In this document: positions 28,820 to 37,937 of the stretch, piece after piece
Layout: each line of letters begins with the position of its first letter
How positions within the stretch are numbered: position 1 is the stretch's first letter
The notes under the pieces: model-generated
What the model was told of the DNA's origin: nothing
Databases searched by the model: none
What the model saw: the letters and a program-made list of their open reading frames with translations, nothing else
Source of the DNA: an uncultured Leptospiraceae bacterium
GTDB taxonomy: Bacteria; Spirochaetota; UBA4802; UB4802
Length of the DNA: 64,000 bases
NCBI GenBank assembly: GCA_964486725.1
Contig: CAZAOK010000002.1
Coordinates: 7,250-71,249, forward strand
Direction: 5' to 3'
Made by a program: the position numbers and the translations under genes

Positions 28820-30511
28820 TCATGATTTCTGTGCTTCAATTTTTCCCTTGTGATTGATATACAACTGATGCAGCACCTGCAGCATGTTCTGCATAATCCA
28901 GTAAATGACCAGTCCTGAAGGCATATTCCATAAAACCACAAGAATGATAAGCGGCATAAACATCATGAATTTTTGCTGTTGGGATGCCGCATCCACCGAT
29001 GACAGTTTCTGCTGCATAAATGTGGTAATGGTCATGATGATCGGCAGAATATTCAGGTTGAAGCCCTCGATCTGCATTACAGTATCCGGAAGAGACAGGT
29101 CCTGTATCCAGAGAATAAAAGGTGCCTGCCAGAGGTCTACCGAGTTAATCAGCGCGCTGTATAACGCAAAGAAAAAAGGCATCTGAAGAAGAAGGGGGAG
29201 ACACCCACTCATTGGGTTTACCTTATTCTTTTTGTACAACTCCATAACTTTCTTGTTCATAACTTCGGGTTTTTCCTTGTACTTATTCCGAAGTTCCTGT
29301 ATCTGCGGATTCAATTCCTGCATTTTCTTCATAGACTGGGTAGACTTTTGTGTCAGCGGCAGAAAAACAATTTTTGTCAATAATGAAAAAATTACCAGCG
29401 ACCACCCAAGGTTACCTATCAGGGAATCTATACTCAACAGGCTCCACATCACCAGGTCCCGTATGGGCTCGATCCACTTGTTCACATCAGCCCCGCCAGC
29501 CATTGACTTGTCCACAGCCACAAGTCTCTCTTTGTTTTTTGACCCAATATATACCTTAAACGAGTTTGTTATAGTCTCATTCTTTTGAAAGCGGTCAACC
29601 GGCATGTACACGCCGGTACGATACCCTGTACCTTCCCTGTTGTCATATATTACACCGGTTCCACTGGATTTCTCCGGCATCATTATAATCAGAAAGTAAC
29701 GGCTCATCACACCCACCCAGCCGGTGGTACCGTTTTCACGTTCTACCCATTCATCAGGGTCATTCAAATCTCCATTTTTTCCCGGTTGCTCAAAATCGTC
29801 ATTGATGTAGTACACGCTACCGATGATATTGTAACTACTTTCATAATCCATCCGGGGCCCCATCATATCCCCTGGAGAAAAAATGATATATCCATTTGGT
29901 ACCGTTACGTTCCTTCTGCCCACGTTGGTTATGTTGAAGACAACCCTCATATAATCGGCGTTCTCAACGAAAATAAACCTTTTTTCAACACGAACAGGCA
30001 CGCCATCAAGGGTTAAGGTAGTGGTAAAACTGTATTCCCTGTCCGATATCTTTTTTGATTTCCAATTCACATTCTGGAGAGTATTGCCATCGAGAAATTC
30101 ACGTTCGTCAAAATGCAGAGCAAAATCAAAAGTACCCTCTGCCTTAAATGGGGTATCCTTCACAACCAGTTGAATATCTCTTTCTCTTTGCAACAGGTTG
30201 TCGATGGCAGCACCTTTGTTGGTCAGTTCCGCTGCAAAACGATTGGTTCGCACCTTGTACTGTTTCTGACTGCCTGCTGCAGATACCACCTTTACAGTAT
30301 CCGCGTAGTCAGTTGATTTTCTCACACCAGTAAACCCGGACTCCTTTCCAGGTACAGGTTTCGGTGTTGCATCCTGAACGGACTGCTGCTGAACCTGTTC
30401 CCCATCCTGTGTAACCTTTTGCACAGGTTTCTCAGGGGGGGATACAAAATAAAACCATAAAATCCAGACTGCTAATGATAATACTACTGCAACTATTGCT
30501 CTTTTTTCCAT
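28820..30511 (-). CDS. yidC: Membrane protein insertase YidC (long, Gram-negative type)
   Basis: An N-terminal TM, a large periplasmic domain and the conserved C-terminal 5-TM core (PLLLQMPFFFALY, MPLIILVVLWNMPSGLVIYW). Confidence 0.9.
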   Translation of the reverse strand: MEKRAIVAVVLSLAVWILWFYFVSPPEKPVQKVTQDGEQVQQQSVQDATPKPVPGKESGFTGVRKSTDYADTVKVVSAAGSQKQYKVRTNRFAAELTNKGAAIDNLLQRERDIQLVVKDTPFKAEGTFDFALHFDEREFLDGNTLQNVNWKSKKISDREYSFTTTLTLDGVPVRVEKRFIFVENADYMRVVFNITNVGRRNVTVPNGYIIFSPGDMMGPRMDYESSYNIIGSVYYINDDFEQPGKNGDLNDPDEWVERENGTTGWVGVMSRYFLIIMMPEKSSGTGVIYDNREGTGYRTGVYMPVDRFQKNETITNSFKVYIGSKNKERLVAVDKSMAGGADVNKWIEPIRDLVMWSLLSIDSLIGNLGWSLVIFSLLTKIVFLPLTQKSTQSMKKMQELNPQIQELRNKYKEKPEVMNKKVMELYKKNKVNPMSGCLPLLLQMPFFFALYSALINSVDLWQAPFILWIQDLSLPDTVMQIEGFNLNILPIIMTITTFMQQKLSSVDAASQQQKFMMFMPLIILVVLWNMPSGLVIYWIMQNMLQVLHQLYINHKGKIEAQKS

Positions 30512-30715
30512 AATTCAATCCCTGTAAAAAAAATAATAACGCCCGAACATTATTGCGTTTTTAAAATCCGGACATTAACCTGATAAATCAAATCTTTTAT
30601 AAAAGCCAAATACATTGATTCTGCGCGACATCATCTCGTGATTAAGCACGTTTAACAGGGAAAGAGGGTATGTGCGTAAGGCAGGACTTAAGAATTGGCA
30701 CTACACTTCATTATA

Positions 30716-30973
30716 TCAGGGAACCGGATCATAACCGCCCTCAAAAAAGGGATTACATCTTAAAACCCTTTTTACAGCCAGAAATGATCCTTTTACTGCA
30801 CCATGTTTTGTAACCGCATCAACCGCGTAAACCGAACAGGTTGGATAGAACCTGCATGCGTTTGGCAACCAGGGAGATATGATAAGCTTGTATATCCGAA
30901 GCAGCATTATAAACAACATGGCCACCGGTGATTTTTTTTTCATGATCGCAAGATCCCTGCTTTTTGAAAACAT
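30716..30973 (-). CDS. yidD: Membrane protein insertion efficiency factor YidD
   Basis: LIISPWLPNACRFYPTCSVYA is the YidD signature. Confidence 0.8.
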   Translation of the reverse strand: MFSKSRDLAIMKKKSPVAMLFIMLLRIYKLIISPWLPNACRFYPTCSVYAVDAVTKHGAVKGSFLAVKRVLRCNPFFEGGYDPVP

Positions 30974-31323
30974 TCACTAATATCCTGTACTGCATCATTA
31001 TATGACATCGTTCTAAAACGTTCCTTTGGGCTGATTATTACACTGCAATCACTGCGTATAGAAGGCAAAAACTGGTTGCATATAGCTCGAATTCTCCGCT
31101 TGGCTCTGTTCCGTTGCACCGCGTTTCCGTATTTTTTATGCACTACTACACCAATCTTTGGATTAATACTTTCTTTCCCGATTGTACTATCAATCCTTAT
31201 CACTTCTGTATGTAGATTTCCCATGAGAACCATCAATCGCACACTTTTTCCATTAATTCTTCTTCCCTTCGCAAACAGTTCACGAAAACTTTCCCTGCCT
31301 TTTAACGAATACTCTCTTTTCAC
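30940..31323 (-). CDS. rnpA: RNase P protein component
   Basis: It is a 127-aa basic protein with the RNR motif region (AVQRNRAKRRIRA). Confidence 0.85.
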   Translation of the reverse strand: MKREYSLKGRESFRELFAKGRRINGKSVRLMVLMGNLHTEVIRIDSTIGKESINPKIGVVVHKKYGNAVQRNRAKRRIRAICNQFLPSIRSDCSVIISPKERFRTMSYNDAVQDISECFQKAGILRS

Positions 31324-31338
31324 CTGTACCCGATTAGC

Positions 31339-31497
31339 TTACTTGGCCGAGTGTCGTTCGTCCGAAACGGTTAACTTGTGTCTCCCTTTTCTTCTCCTGT
31401 TCCTTAATACTGCACGTCCTGAAGCAGAACTCATCCTTGCCCGAAATCCGTGTTTCCTGTTTCTGCGTAAATTACTTGGCTGAAATGTTCGTTTCAT
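31339..31497 (-). CDS. rpmH: 50S ribosomal protein L34
   Basis: [44 protein letters not shown]. The ORF-track N-terminal extension is unlikely to be real. Confidence 0.85.
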   Translation of the reverse strand: MKRTFQPSNLRRNRKHGFRARMSSASGRAVLRNRRRKGRHKLTVSDERHSAK

Positions 31498-31640
31498 TTG
31501 AAGCACCCCAAATATTAAAATTTCAATATATATCAATAGAAGATAATATCATCACTACTATGGCAATGCACAACCAATCATGAATATCACTGAAACACGG
31601 TACATGCTGGCTACATGCGAATGTAGCCATTATCTCCCAG

Positions 31641-31668
31641 ATTATACACACCAATACGAAAGTAGCAA
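31641..31668 (-). promoter_or_regulatory. Candidate rpmH promoter: TTGCTA, 16-bp spacer, extended -10 TGTATAAT
   Basis: On the minus strand the sequence reads TTGCTActttcgtattggtgTGTATAAT. The predicted 5' UTR contains the perfect hairpin GGCTACAT-gcga-ATGTAGCC (31605-31624). Confidence 0.4.
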
Positions 31669-31708
31669 TAATAATTTCATGTTGATTGCTGTCAATTGTA
31701 TTTTTTTT

Positions 31709-32566
31709 CTATTTTAGCGCATAGATGTACATGGTGTCTGAAAAACAAAACACTTTAGATACTTTTTTATACATCCATGAAAATGCCGGATAGAATACAG
31801 ATTCTTTTCCGCATACCCGTTCAGGATGGAAAGAGGCGGGAACACATATCACCCGGGCAAAGCCCATTTTTTTCAGCACCCTGGTGATGCTTCCCGGTGA
31901 AAAATCTATGTAATGGTCCTTCGGGTGGGTTGTAATCCATTCATCACGATGCAAATGAAACATCGGCCCCCGTAAAGATGGCATTGCACATGCCATCACC
32001 CCGCCTGAAGGCAGCATAGTATATATCTTTCTCATAACAGCAACTGGCGTGATCGAGTGCTCAATAACATACCATGCTGTTATCACGTCAAAATTAGAAC
32101 CATGATGATAAAACTCTTCAAAGGGCAGGTTATGTACTGTAAACCCGTAGGTATTTTTGCAATATTTTACAGCATATGGTGAGATCTCAATCCCTTCAAC
32201 GTCAAATCCCTTATCCCGGGCTGCCTTGAGAAAAAACCCAAGGGCACAACCTACATCAAGTAACCGAAGACCTTTTACTTCTTTTTTGCCGGAAAAGGTA
32301 ATAATATCATTGATTCGTTGAAGACCCCGGTTATAAATCCAGTTAAAATCTTCGGCATAGGTCTTTCCATATTGCCTTTGGTAATCATCAAGGAAGTAGC
32401 TGCTGTCATACCCCCCCGGAGAATGCGCGGTATTAAAAACGACCCCGCAATGCCGGCAGTAACGCAGGGAGCTTTCCATAACAACACGCACCTTTTGTCC
32501 ACTGCCGCACAGGGGGCATAAATCAATTGAAGGGTTGGGGGTAACTGCGCCGTGCACGATGTACAC
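31709..32566 (-). CDS. Class I SAM-dependent methyltransferase with an N-terminal Cys4 zinc ribbon
   Basis: CPLCGS…CRHCG is followed by motif I LLDVGCALGFF. Confidence 0.7.
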   Translation of the reverse strand: MYIVHGAVTPNPSIDLCPLCGSGQKVRVVMESSLRYCRHCGVVFNTAHSPGGYDSSYFLDDYQRQYGKTYAEDFNWIYNRGLQRINDIITFSGKKEVKGLRLLDVGCALGFFLKAARDKGFDVEGIEISPYAVKYCKNTYGFTVHNLPFEEFYHHGSNFDVITAWYVIEHSITPVAVMRKIYTMLPSGGVMACAMPSLRGPMFHLHRDEWITTHPKDHYIDFSPGSITRVLKKMGFARVICVPASFHPERVCGKESVFYPAFSWMYKKVSKVFCFSDTMYIYALK

Positions 32567-33063
32567 TATTTCGTTACAGGTTTTTTTCGTTTTGCCGGTT
32601 CAGCCACAACCGGTACTCCCTTCATCTTAATGTCGTCCATTGACAGCAATACCAGTTCGGCATATTGTTCCGGAACTTCTATAAAAGAATAGGTGGTATG
32701 GATATCAATTTTTCCAATCAGCTTACCATCAATTCCCGATCTCTTCACAATCTCGCGGATAAGGTCGCCGGGGGATATGCGATGGTTTTTCCCCACGTTA
32801 ATAAAGATTCTTGCCTTTCCGTCTTTCACGTCCTCAAACACAACCTGTCCGCTCATATCTCTTTTCGTTACCCCGGGAAGCGCGTCCATGTCAATTTTTG
32901 AGATATCGCCAAGATACTCACACAATACAGCCGCGGCTATTCTTCTTGTCCCCCCGAAAAAGGGCAGTTTTTTCTTCATTTTCTTTAACAGGTGGGCATA
33001 AGGGGTCAGGTCTTCGGTCATGGCGGTATCAAAAATTTTTTCAATCTTTTTCATCTGATGCAT
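32566..33063 (-). CDS. Stand-alone DbpA-type RNA-binding domain protein
   Basis: ARIFINVGKNHRISPGDLIREIVKRSGIDGKLIGKIDIHTTYSFIEVPEQYAELVL matches the DEAD-box helicase C-terminal DbpA domain. No helicase core is present. Confidence 0.5.
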   Translation of the reverse strand: MHQMKKIEKIFDTAMTEDLTPYAHLLKKMKKKLPFFGGTRRIAAAVLCEYLGDISKIDMDALPGVTKRDMSGQVVFEDVKDGKARIFINVGKNHRISPGDLIREIVKRSGIDGKLIGKIDIHTTYSFIEVPEQYAELVLLSMDDIKMKGVPVVAEPAKRKKPVTK

Positions 33064-33211
33064 AAATATTTCCTCATATTATTTCAATGTAAGTACTGCT
33101 TCTGGATTCATCCTGGAATGGTTTTTCGAACCGACCACTGTCATCACAGATAATATGGCATGGTACCCGGTACACTATGGCAGTACTTTGTAAAATGGCA
33201 AGCAATTTTCA

Positions 33212-33877
33212 TTACTCCTGAACTTTACAACGATATCCAACATTACGCACCGTTTCAATTATTGAATTGAATTCTTCACCCAGTTTACCACGAAGCCTTC
33301 TGATGTGCACATCAACTGTTCTGGTACCCCCAATATATTCGATACCCCATATCTTGTTCAGAAGATCTTTTCGAGAGAACACCCTGTCCCTGTTTTCAAC
33401 CAGAAATCGCAGAAGTTCGAATTCCTTAAATGTAAGATCTAACTGCTCGGTATTCAGGTACACGGAATACTTATCCATGTCAATTTTTAGATTACCGATC
33501 TTTATGGTATTATCACTTGCCCCGAGATTCTTCTCCCATATCAGTTTGTCAAGTCTTCGTTGCACTTCCATTTTTCTGAAGGGGTACAGCACGAATTCAT
33601 CAAAAAACCATTCAAACTCGAGCCGGTGAAGATGCCCAACACGGAGTATCAAAAGGACTGGAAGGCTGTGCAACACCTTTCTGATCCTTGAGAGCTGGAA
33701 CTGAACATTATCGAAATCTTCTATAGAATCTATGTCAAGTGCCGCGCATAACAGTTCTTCGGGTTTCAGTGTACTCATCGAACTGAACACCCGTATGTCA
33801 TACCCGGCAGTATTCTCCCTGAACTCGGCAATAACATCCTTGTTCCCCGATATCAAGCCCAGCTTCTTTTCGGGCAT
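33212..33877 (-). CDS. OmpR-family winged-helix regulator with a degenerate (pseudo-)receiver domain
   Basis: The C-terminal trans_reg_C is clear (LTFKEFELLRFLVENRDRVFSRKDLLNKIWG…TRTVDVHIRRLRGKL). In the N-terminal domain the acidic pair is replaced (LISGNKD) and the conserved Lys position reads YPF. Confidence 0.6.
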   Translation of the reverse strand: MPEKKLGLISGNKDVIAEFRENTAGYDIRVFSSMSTLKPEELLCAALDIDSIEDFDNVQFQLSRIRKVLHSLPVLLILRVGHLHRLEFEWFFDEFVLYPFRKMEVQRRLDKLIWEKNLGASDNTIKIGNLKIDMDKYSVYLNTEQLDLTFKEFELLRFLVENRDRVFSRKDLLNKIWGIEYIGGTRTVDVHIRRLRGKLGEEFNSIIETVRNVGYRCKVQE

Positions 33878-35061
33878 TATCTTCCCCGGTGTTGAATTAT
33901 TTTGGTATATTTTTCCATATATTTTTCTGCCACCGATTCAGCATAGAAATCCTGCACCCTTTTACGGTTGTTCTTCGCGCAATATTCATACAGGGCACCG
34001 TCATCATGAAATCGCTTTATACTTCGGGCACAACCATCAACGTCCCCCACGTCTATCAGCAGGGCATTCTCTTCGTTGGTGAGAAAATCCACCTGGCCCC
34101 CGTTATTTGTACACACGATAGGAAGACCACAGTACATGGACTCCATGAACACTATACCAAAACCCTCATGAAGGGAGGTGAGAACAAAAAGGTCAGATTG
34201 TGACAGGTACCTGTATTTATCACTATCCTCGATAAATCCCAGGAAACGTACCCTCTCTTCTATACCAAGTTCATTCGCAAGAGCCTCCAGGTATTCACGT
34301 TCAGGACCGTCACCCATGATGAGCAGCCTGTAGGGGACAGGGGGAAGTTTAGCTATCGCTCTGAGAAGCACATCGATTGCCTTTCTTTTAATTATACGTC
34401 CGATGGTAACCAGGACGAAATCATCTTTCTTCAGGCCAAGTTCTTCACGATTCACCACGGGAATTTCAGGTGGATGGAAGGCCAGCGGAATGATGTCTAT
34501 TTCTCTTTCAGGGTTATAATAGGTAATGGCATTTTGCCGGGTATTGCTTGACTGCGCCACAACCGCATCGGCCTTTTTCAGCAACCACCTGACAGCCCTG
34601 CTGAAAAACCAGTTGTCATGAGGTGACATTTTCTTACTGGGATCATATATGTCCCCCCCATGCAGTGAGAGAAGATTAGGAATTGAGAACAACCTGCTAA
34701 GCACATGTCCCAGCGGACCAGACGGCACCACGAAATGAGTGTTGATGACATCATACCTGTTCTTTCTGCAAAGCCCTATTCCTTTGATAAAACCGGTAAT
34801 CAGATATGAAAACATTGACATGAAGGTTGCCGCGTCACGGGATTTTCTGAAGAAAATCTTTGACCGGTATACATGTATTCCGTTCATATTCTCATATTTT
34901 GGGACGCCCCTGAACGATGAAGTGAGCACATCAACACGGGCTGTTTTCGCCCATTCAATGGCAAGATCATAGGTGGCCACCCCTCCCCCCCCTCCAAGAG
35001 GAGGAAATTCATAATTTATGATTAAAATCCTTTCAATTTTTTTGCCCTGGGCATTTTCCAT
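33877..35061 (-). CDS. Glycosyltransferase family 4
   Basis: EGFGIVFMESMYCGLPIV (EX7E-type GT4 C-terminal motif). Confidence 0.8.
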   Translation of the reverse strand: MENAQGKKIERILIINYEFPPLGGGGGVATYDLAIEWAKTARVDVLTSSFRGVPKYENMNGIHVYRSKIFFRKSRDAATFMSMFSYLITGFIKGIGLCRKNRYDVINTHFVVPSGPLGHVLSRLFSIPNLLSLHGGDIYDPSKKMSPHDNWFFSRAVRWLLKKADAVVAQSSNTRQNAITYYNPEREIDIIPLAFHPPEIPVVNREELGLKKDDFVLVTIGRIIKRKAIDVLLRAIAKLPPVPYRLLIMGDGPEREYLEALANELGIEERVRFLGFIEDSDKYRYLSQSDLFVLTSLHEGFGIVFMESMYCGLPIVCTNNGGQVDFLTNEENALLIDVGDVDGCARSIKRFHDDGALYEYCAKNNRKRVQDFYAESVAEKYMEKYTKIIQHRGR

Positions 35062-35240
35062 TATTTCATCCAGCTGCTGAATTCATTAGTGTATTATAAT
35101 TTTTTGACAATATAACAGAGCAACTTCCAATAATTCAACAATTATACATAAAAAATGTTTATATAAAAAATTCGTTACTACTCAGCTATTATCAGAATAA
35201 AGATCATTTTCTATATAATGAACAGACCTTGGTGATGTTT

Positions 35241-35324
35241 CCCCCCGCCTTCGGCGGGGGAGATGCAGGATTTTATTCATTTTATAATAATTTTGATTAT
35301 TCAGTATGACAGCTGAGTAATTAC
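35241..35324 (+). repeat. Copy 1 of an ~85-bp intergenic element: a GC hairpin (C6GCC-UUCG-GGCG5) plus a 63-bp AT-rich arm ending in the palindrome GTAATTAC
   Basis: It is about 95% identical to the reverse complement of 52391..52480. It sits 41 bp upstream of the -35 of the downstream promoter. Confidence 0.7.
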
Positions 35325-35365
35325 AAAAATTCATGTAAATCCACGAATTCAAAATTCAAATAGAT

Positions 35366-35394
35366 TTGACATCCTTTCCTCATGAAAGTATTAT
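35366..35394 (+). promoter_or_regulatory. Sigma70-like promoter: TTGACA, 17-bp spacer, TATTAT
   Basis: The spacing is exact. It lies 47 bp upstream of the lipoprotein ATG (35441), which has the RBS GGAGATTGG. Confidence 0.5.
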
Positions 35395-35440
35395 TTCTCC
35401 ACCATTTCAATTAAGTATAGTATATCATTGACCCTGGAGA

Positions 35441-36073
35441 TTGGTTATGAAAAATGTACGTTTTTTCTGTATAATAATAGTTCTGGCAATGGTTACCTCA
35501 TGCACATCCATTGATGTTGCCACACACAAGGAAATGAAGCTGCATACAAAGATGAAAAAAGTAGCCGTGTTCCCCTTTGATGTCAAGGGAGCAACATGGG
35601 GTGATGAATTTGCGGATGCCATCTCTCACCAGTTCTTCAAGCAGACCACCATTGAAGTTGTTGAACGTGAAGCAATTGAGCGAATTCTCAAAGAGCAACA
35701 GCTTTCCATGACCGGCCTGATAAATGACAAGCAGGCAGTTAAAATCGGCAAGATGCTTGGTGCCGACGTCATTATTCTTGGGCGGGGACATGCCCTCCGG
35801 CATTATGAGAAGGGACGTCAAATCCCCAATCTTATTGATACATTTACCCTTAAAGCTATCGCCGTTGAAACAGGTTCATTACTCTGTACCGTTCGGAAAG
35901 AACCCGGGAAGGCATGGACCTGGGAATACAGGGCAAAATACTGCTGCAGCCTCACTCTTATATGGGACAGCGTAGACATTCTTGTACAGAGTTCAAGATA
36001 TGATGAAATCGCAAGGCAGGTAGTTAAAAGAATAAATTTAATCATGGAAAAGGAACAAATCCCGCAGGGATAA
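35441..36073 (+). CDS. CsgG/LpoB-fold lipoprotein
   Basis: The lipobox is VTSCTS. KVAVFPFDVKG…EVVEREAIERILKEQQLSMTGLINDKQAVKIGKMLGADVIILG follows the CsgG/LpoB family pattern. Confidence 0.55.
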   Translation: MVMKNVRFFCIIIVLAMVTSCTSIDVATHKEMKLHTKMKKVAVFPFDVKGATWGDEFADAISHQFFKQTTIEVVEREAIERILKEQQLSMTGLINDKQAVKIGKMLGADVIILGRGHALRHYEKGRQIPNLIDTFTLKAIAVETGSLLCTVRKEPGKAWTWEYRAKYCCSLTLIWDSVDILVQSSRYDEIARQVVKRINLIMEKEQIPQG

Positions 36074-36080
36074 GAGCACT

Positions 36081-36854
36081 GTGATGAATTCACGTATAAT
36101 GCTCTTTCTGTCAGTATTACTTATAGTAGTATCTTCCAGGTTGATACACGCGTCCGAATTTGATGAACTTGACAAACCTCCGGAAGGAGCCCACGAAGGG
36201 CAAATCCTGCTGGGTGGTTTCATTTCCGTGGGTATGCCGGTAGGGAATATAATCGACGCTGAAAACGCCTTTGTACAGGAACTGACCTACACATTCGAAA
36301 ACGAAGTAACCAAACGCGTAAAGCTGTCCCACATGTCCTTCGGACTTGGAATGACCGGCGAATACATGCCCATCGACCACCTGGGAATTAAAACCAGGTT
36401 TCGCCGCTCAATAATTATACAAAGAACCGTCTTCGGGGCCGAATACAAAAACTGGCGTATGGTCACCTACAGTGATTATTCCCTCTACCTGGGGCCAAGC
36501 TTTCATGCCACCACCAGGAAAACGTGGGATTTCGTGCTCACTCCTTACATCGGGTATTCCTATGGTGAATATGATGCCACCCCCGTTGCAGGCGAACTAG
36601 AGGATTCATATGATGCACCGAACCCACGATCCGTTTCAGGATTATCCTATGGTGCCGATCTGCTGTGTACCATTTATTTCAGTGGCGGATTGTATGTTTC
36701 TTTTGGCGGTGAGTGGACAAGAAATACCTTGAATTTTGGAAGTCCATATACAGAAACCATCCCAGGTGGCGAACCCTTTATGGATGGGGCTACTTCTGGA
36801 ACCATTGATAACATCTGTTTTATACTGGAAGCAGGCTATGCCTTCATGAACTGA
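36081..36854 (+). CDS. Putative outer-membrane beta-barrel protein
   Basis: It has a signal peptide. Alternating aromatic/Gly-rich beta-strand patterns run to the C-terminus (…LEAGYAFMN). It starts 7 nt after the lipoprotein gene. Confidence 0.4.
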   Translation: MMNSRIMLFLSVLLIVVSSRLIHASEFDELDKPPEGAHEGQILLGGFISVGMPVGNIIDAENAFVQELTYTFENEVTKRVKLSHMSFGLGMTGEYMPIDHLGIKTRFRRSIIIQRTVFGAEYKNWRMVTYSDYSLYLGPSFHATTRKTWDFVLTPYIGYSYGEYDATPVAGELEDSYDAPNPRSVSGLSYGADLLCTIYFSGGLYVSFGGEWTRNTLNFGSPYTETIPGGEPFMDGATSGTIDNICFILEAGYAFMN

Positions 36855-36857
36855 CAA

Positions 36858-37901
36858 TCAATTGTCAATCTCCAATTCACCAGCTTTTTTCAATACTTTC
36901 AATATCCGCATGGTAACCCACCTGTCAGGCAGCCCTTTTTGTTTGCTTCCTGCACGTCCATGCGTCAGCATGCCTGTTTTAGCCCTGCCCAGGTTCCAGG
37001 TTCCATTACTATTTTGACGTCTCATCACATCGTTAAAGGCCTCAGTACATCGTGAATCCTTCATGTAGCCGGTATGGGCCATGATATGCAGCCCATCAAT
37101 TGTATCATATTGGGAAAGAACGGGCACTCCCGGCAGGTCAAACTGATCATTTTGTCCACACAAATGTCGTATTCCCGTAACTGCGTTCCCCTGAAAAAAT
37201 AACCCATGTTTAAGAAGAAATTCTGCAGCCCTCTGCAACCCGTCTTTCGTTGATTCAGTTTCTTTATATTGCATGAGAGCCCGGCAACATGCCGAGGTCG
37301 CGTATACACAGCTTGCCACACCGTGATCATCCTCATAACGAAGTCCCTTACCTGATCTTCTGGTCATAAAAAAACGAAACATATCACAAGTTCCCGCTAC
37401 GGGACAATGAAGCCAGCCCCCGTCATGACGCTGATGCTGTAATATCCACCTGATACCATCTTCTATCCTGTCATCATCCATCTCCGACTGCAGCAGGTAA
37501 CAAATCATGTCTCCCGTTCTGCAACCTGCCGACACCCGGGGTGTCCATCCCAGGGTAAATCCCCCGTCTTCCATCTGGAAGTTCTCCACAATGTAGGCGG
37601 CCGTGCGGGTAACAACTTCTTCCCTTGCATCAAGCCCCCGAGTTACCGCTTCTGCAAAACTCCACATGATTCCCCGCGGCATTATATCAAAATGCCGGGT
37701 GTCCCCCATGACACCGAGCCGCGCGTGCAGTAGCAGTTTTTTTACAGCATCAGAGTGTAAGACCGCGTCATAGAGCCGTCTTCCTTCTGCAGAATCTTTT
37801 GATACGTCCATGATGTGTATAGCTGTCAGGTAGGCTACGGAAGGGTCCCTGCCGTCACAAAGCCATGGAAGGGGATCATTATTAAGGAATTTAGAACGCA
37901 A
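36858..37901 (-). CDS. Prenyltransferase / squalene-cyclase repeat (alpha-alpha toroid) protein
   Basis: The motifs QHQRHDGGW, MEDGGFTLGW and W/Y-rich repeats are typical of SQCY-type repeats. Confidence 0.45.
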   Translation of the reverse strand: MRSKFLNNDPLPWLCDGRDPSVAYLTAIHIMDVSKDSAEGRRLYDAVLHSDAVKKLLLHARLGVMGDTRHFDIMPRGIMWSFAEAVTRGLDAREEVVTRTAAYIVENFQMEDGGFTLGWTPRVSAGCRTGDMICYLLQSEMDDDRIEDGIRWILQHQRHDGGWLHCPVAGTCDMFRFFMTRRSGKGLRYEDDHGVASCVYATSACCRALMQYKETESTKDGLQRAAEFLLKHGLFFQGNAVTGIRHLCGQNDQFDLPGVPVLSQYDTIDGLHIMAHTGYMKDSRCTEAFNDVMRRQNSNGTWNLGRAKTGMLTHGRAGSKQKGLPDRWVTMRILKVLKKAGELEIDN

Positions 37902-37937
37902 TGATAATCTCCCTGTAATACCAGGTAATACCAGTTG

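Noticed and set aside
31498-31708. Possible oriC next to rpmH-rnpA-yidD-yidC-jag-mnmE: a DnaA-box-like TTATACACA at 31642-31650
   Set aside because: There is only a single box, which overlaps the predicted -10 of the rpmH promoter. No dnaA or dnaN is nearby and no cluster of boxes or AT-rich DUE was seen. The gene order simply lacks dnaA here.
35172-35200. Partial reverse-orientation copy of the repeat arm (TTACTACTCAGCT…CAGAATAA) upstream of copy 1
   Set aside because: The similarity is limited to about 20 scattered positions, which is too weak to call a terminal inverted repeat. It is mentioned only as a hint.
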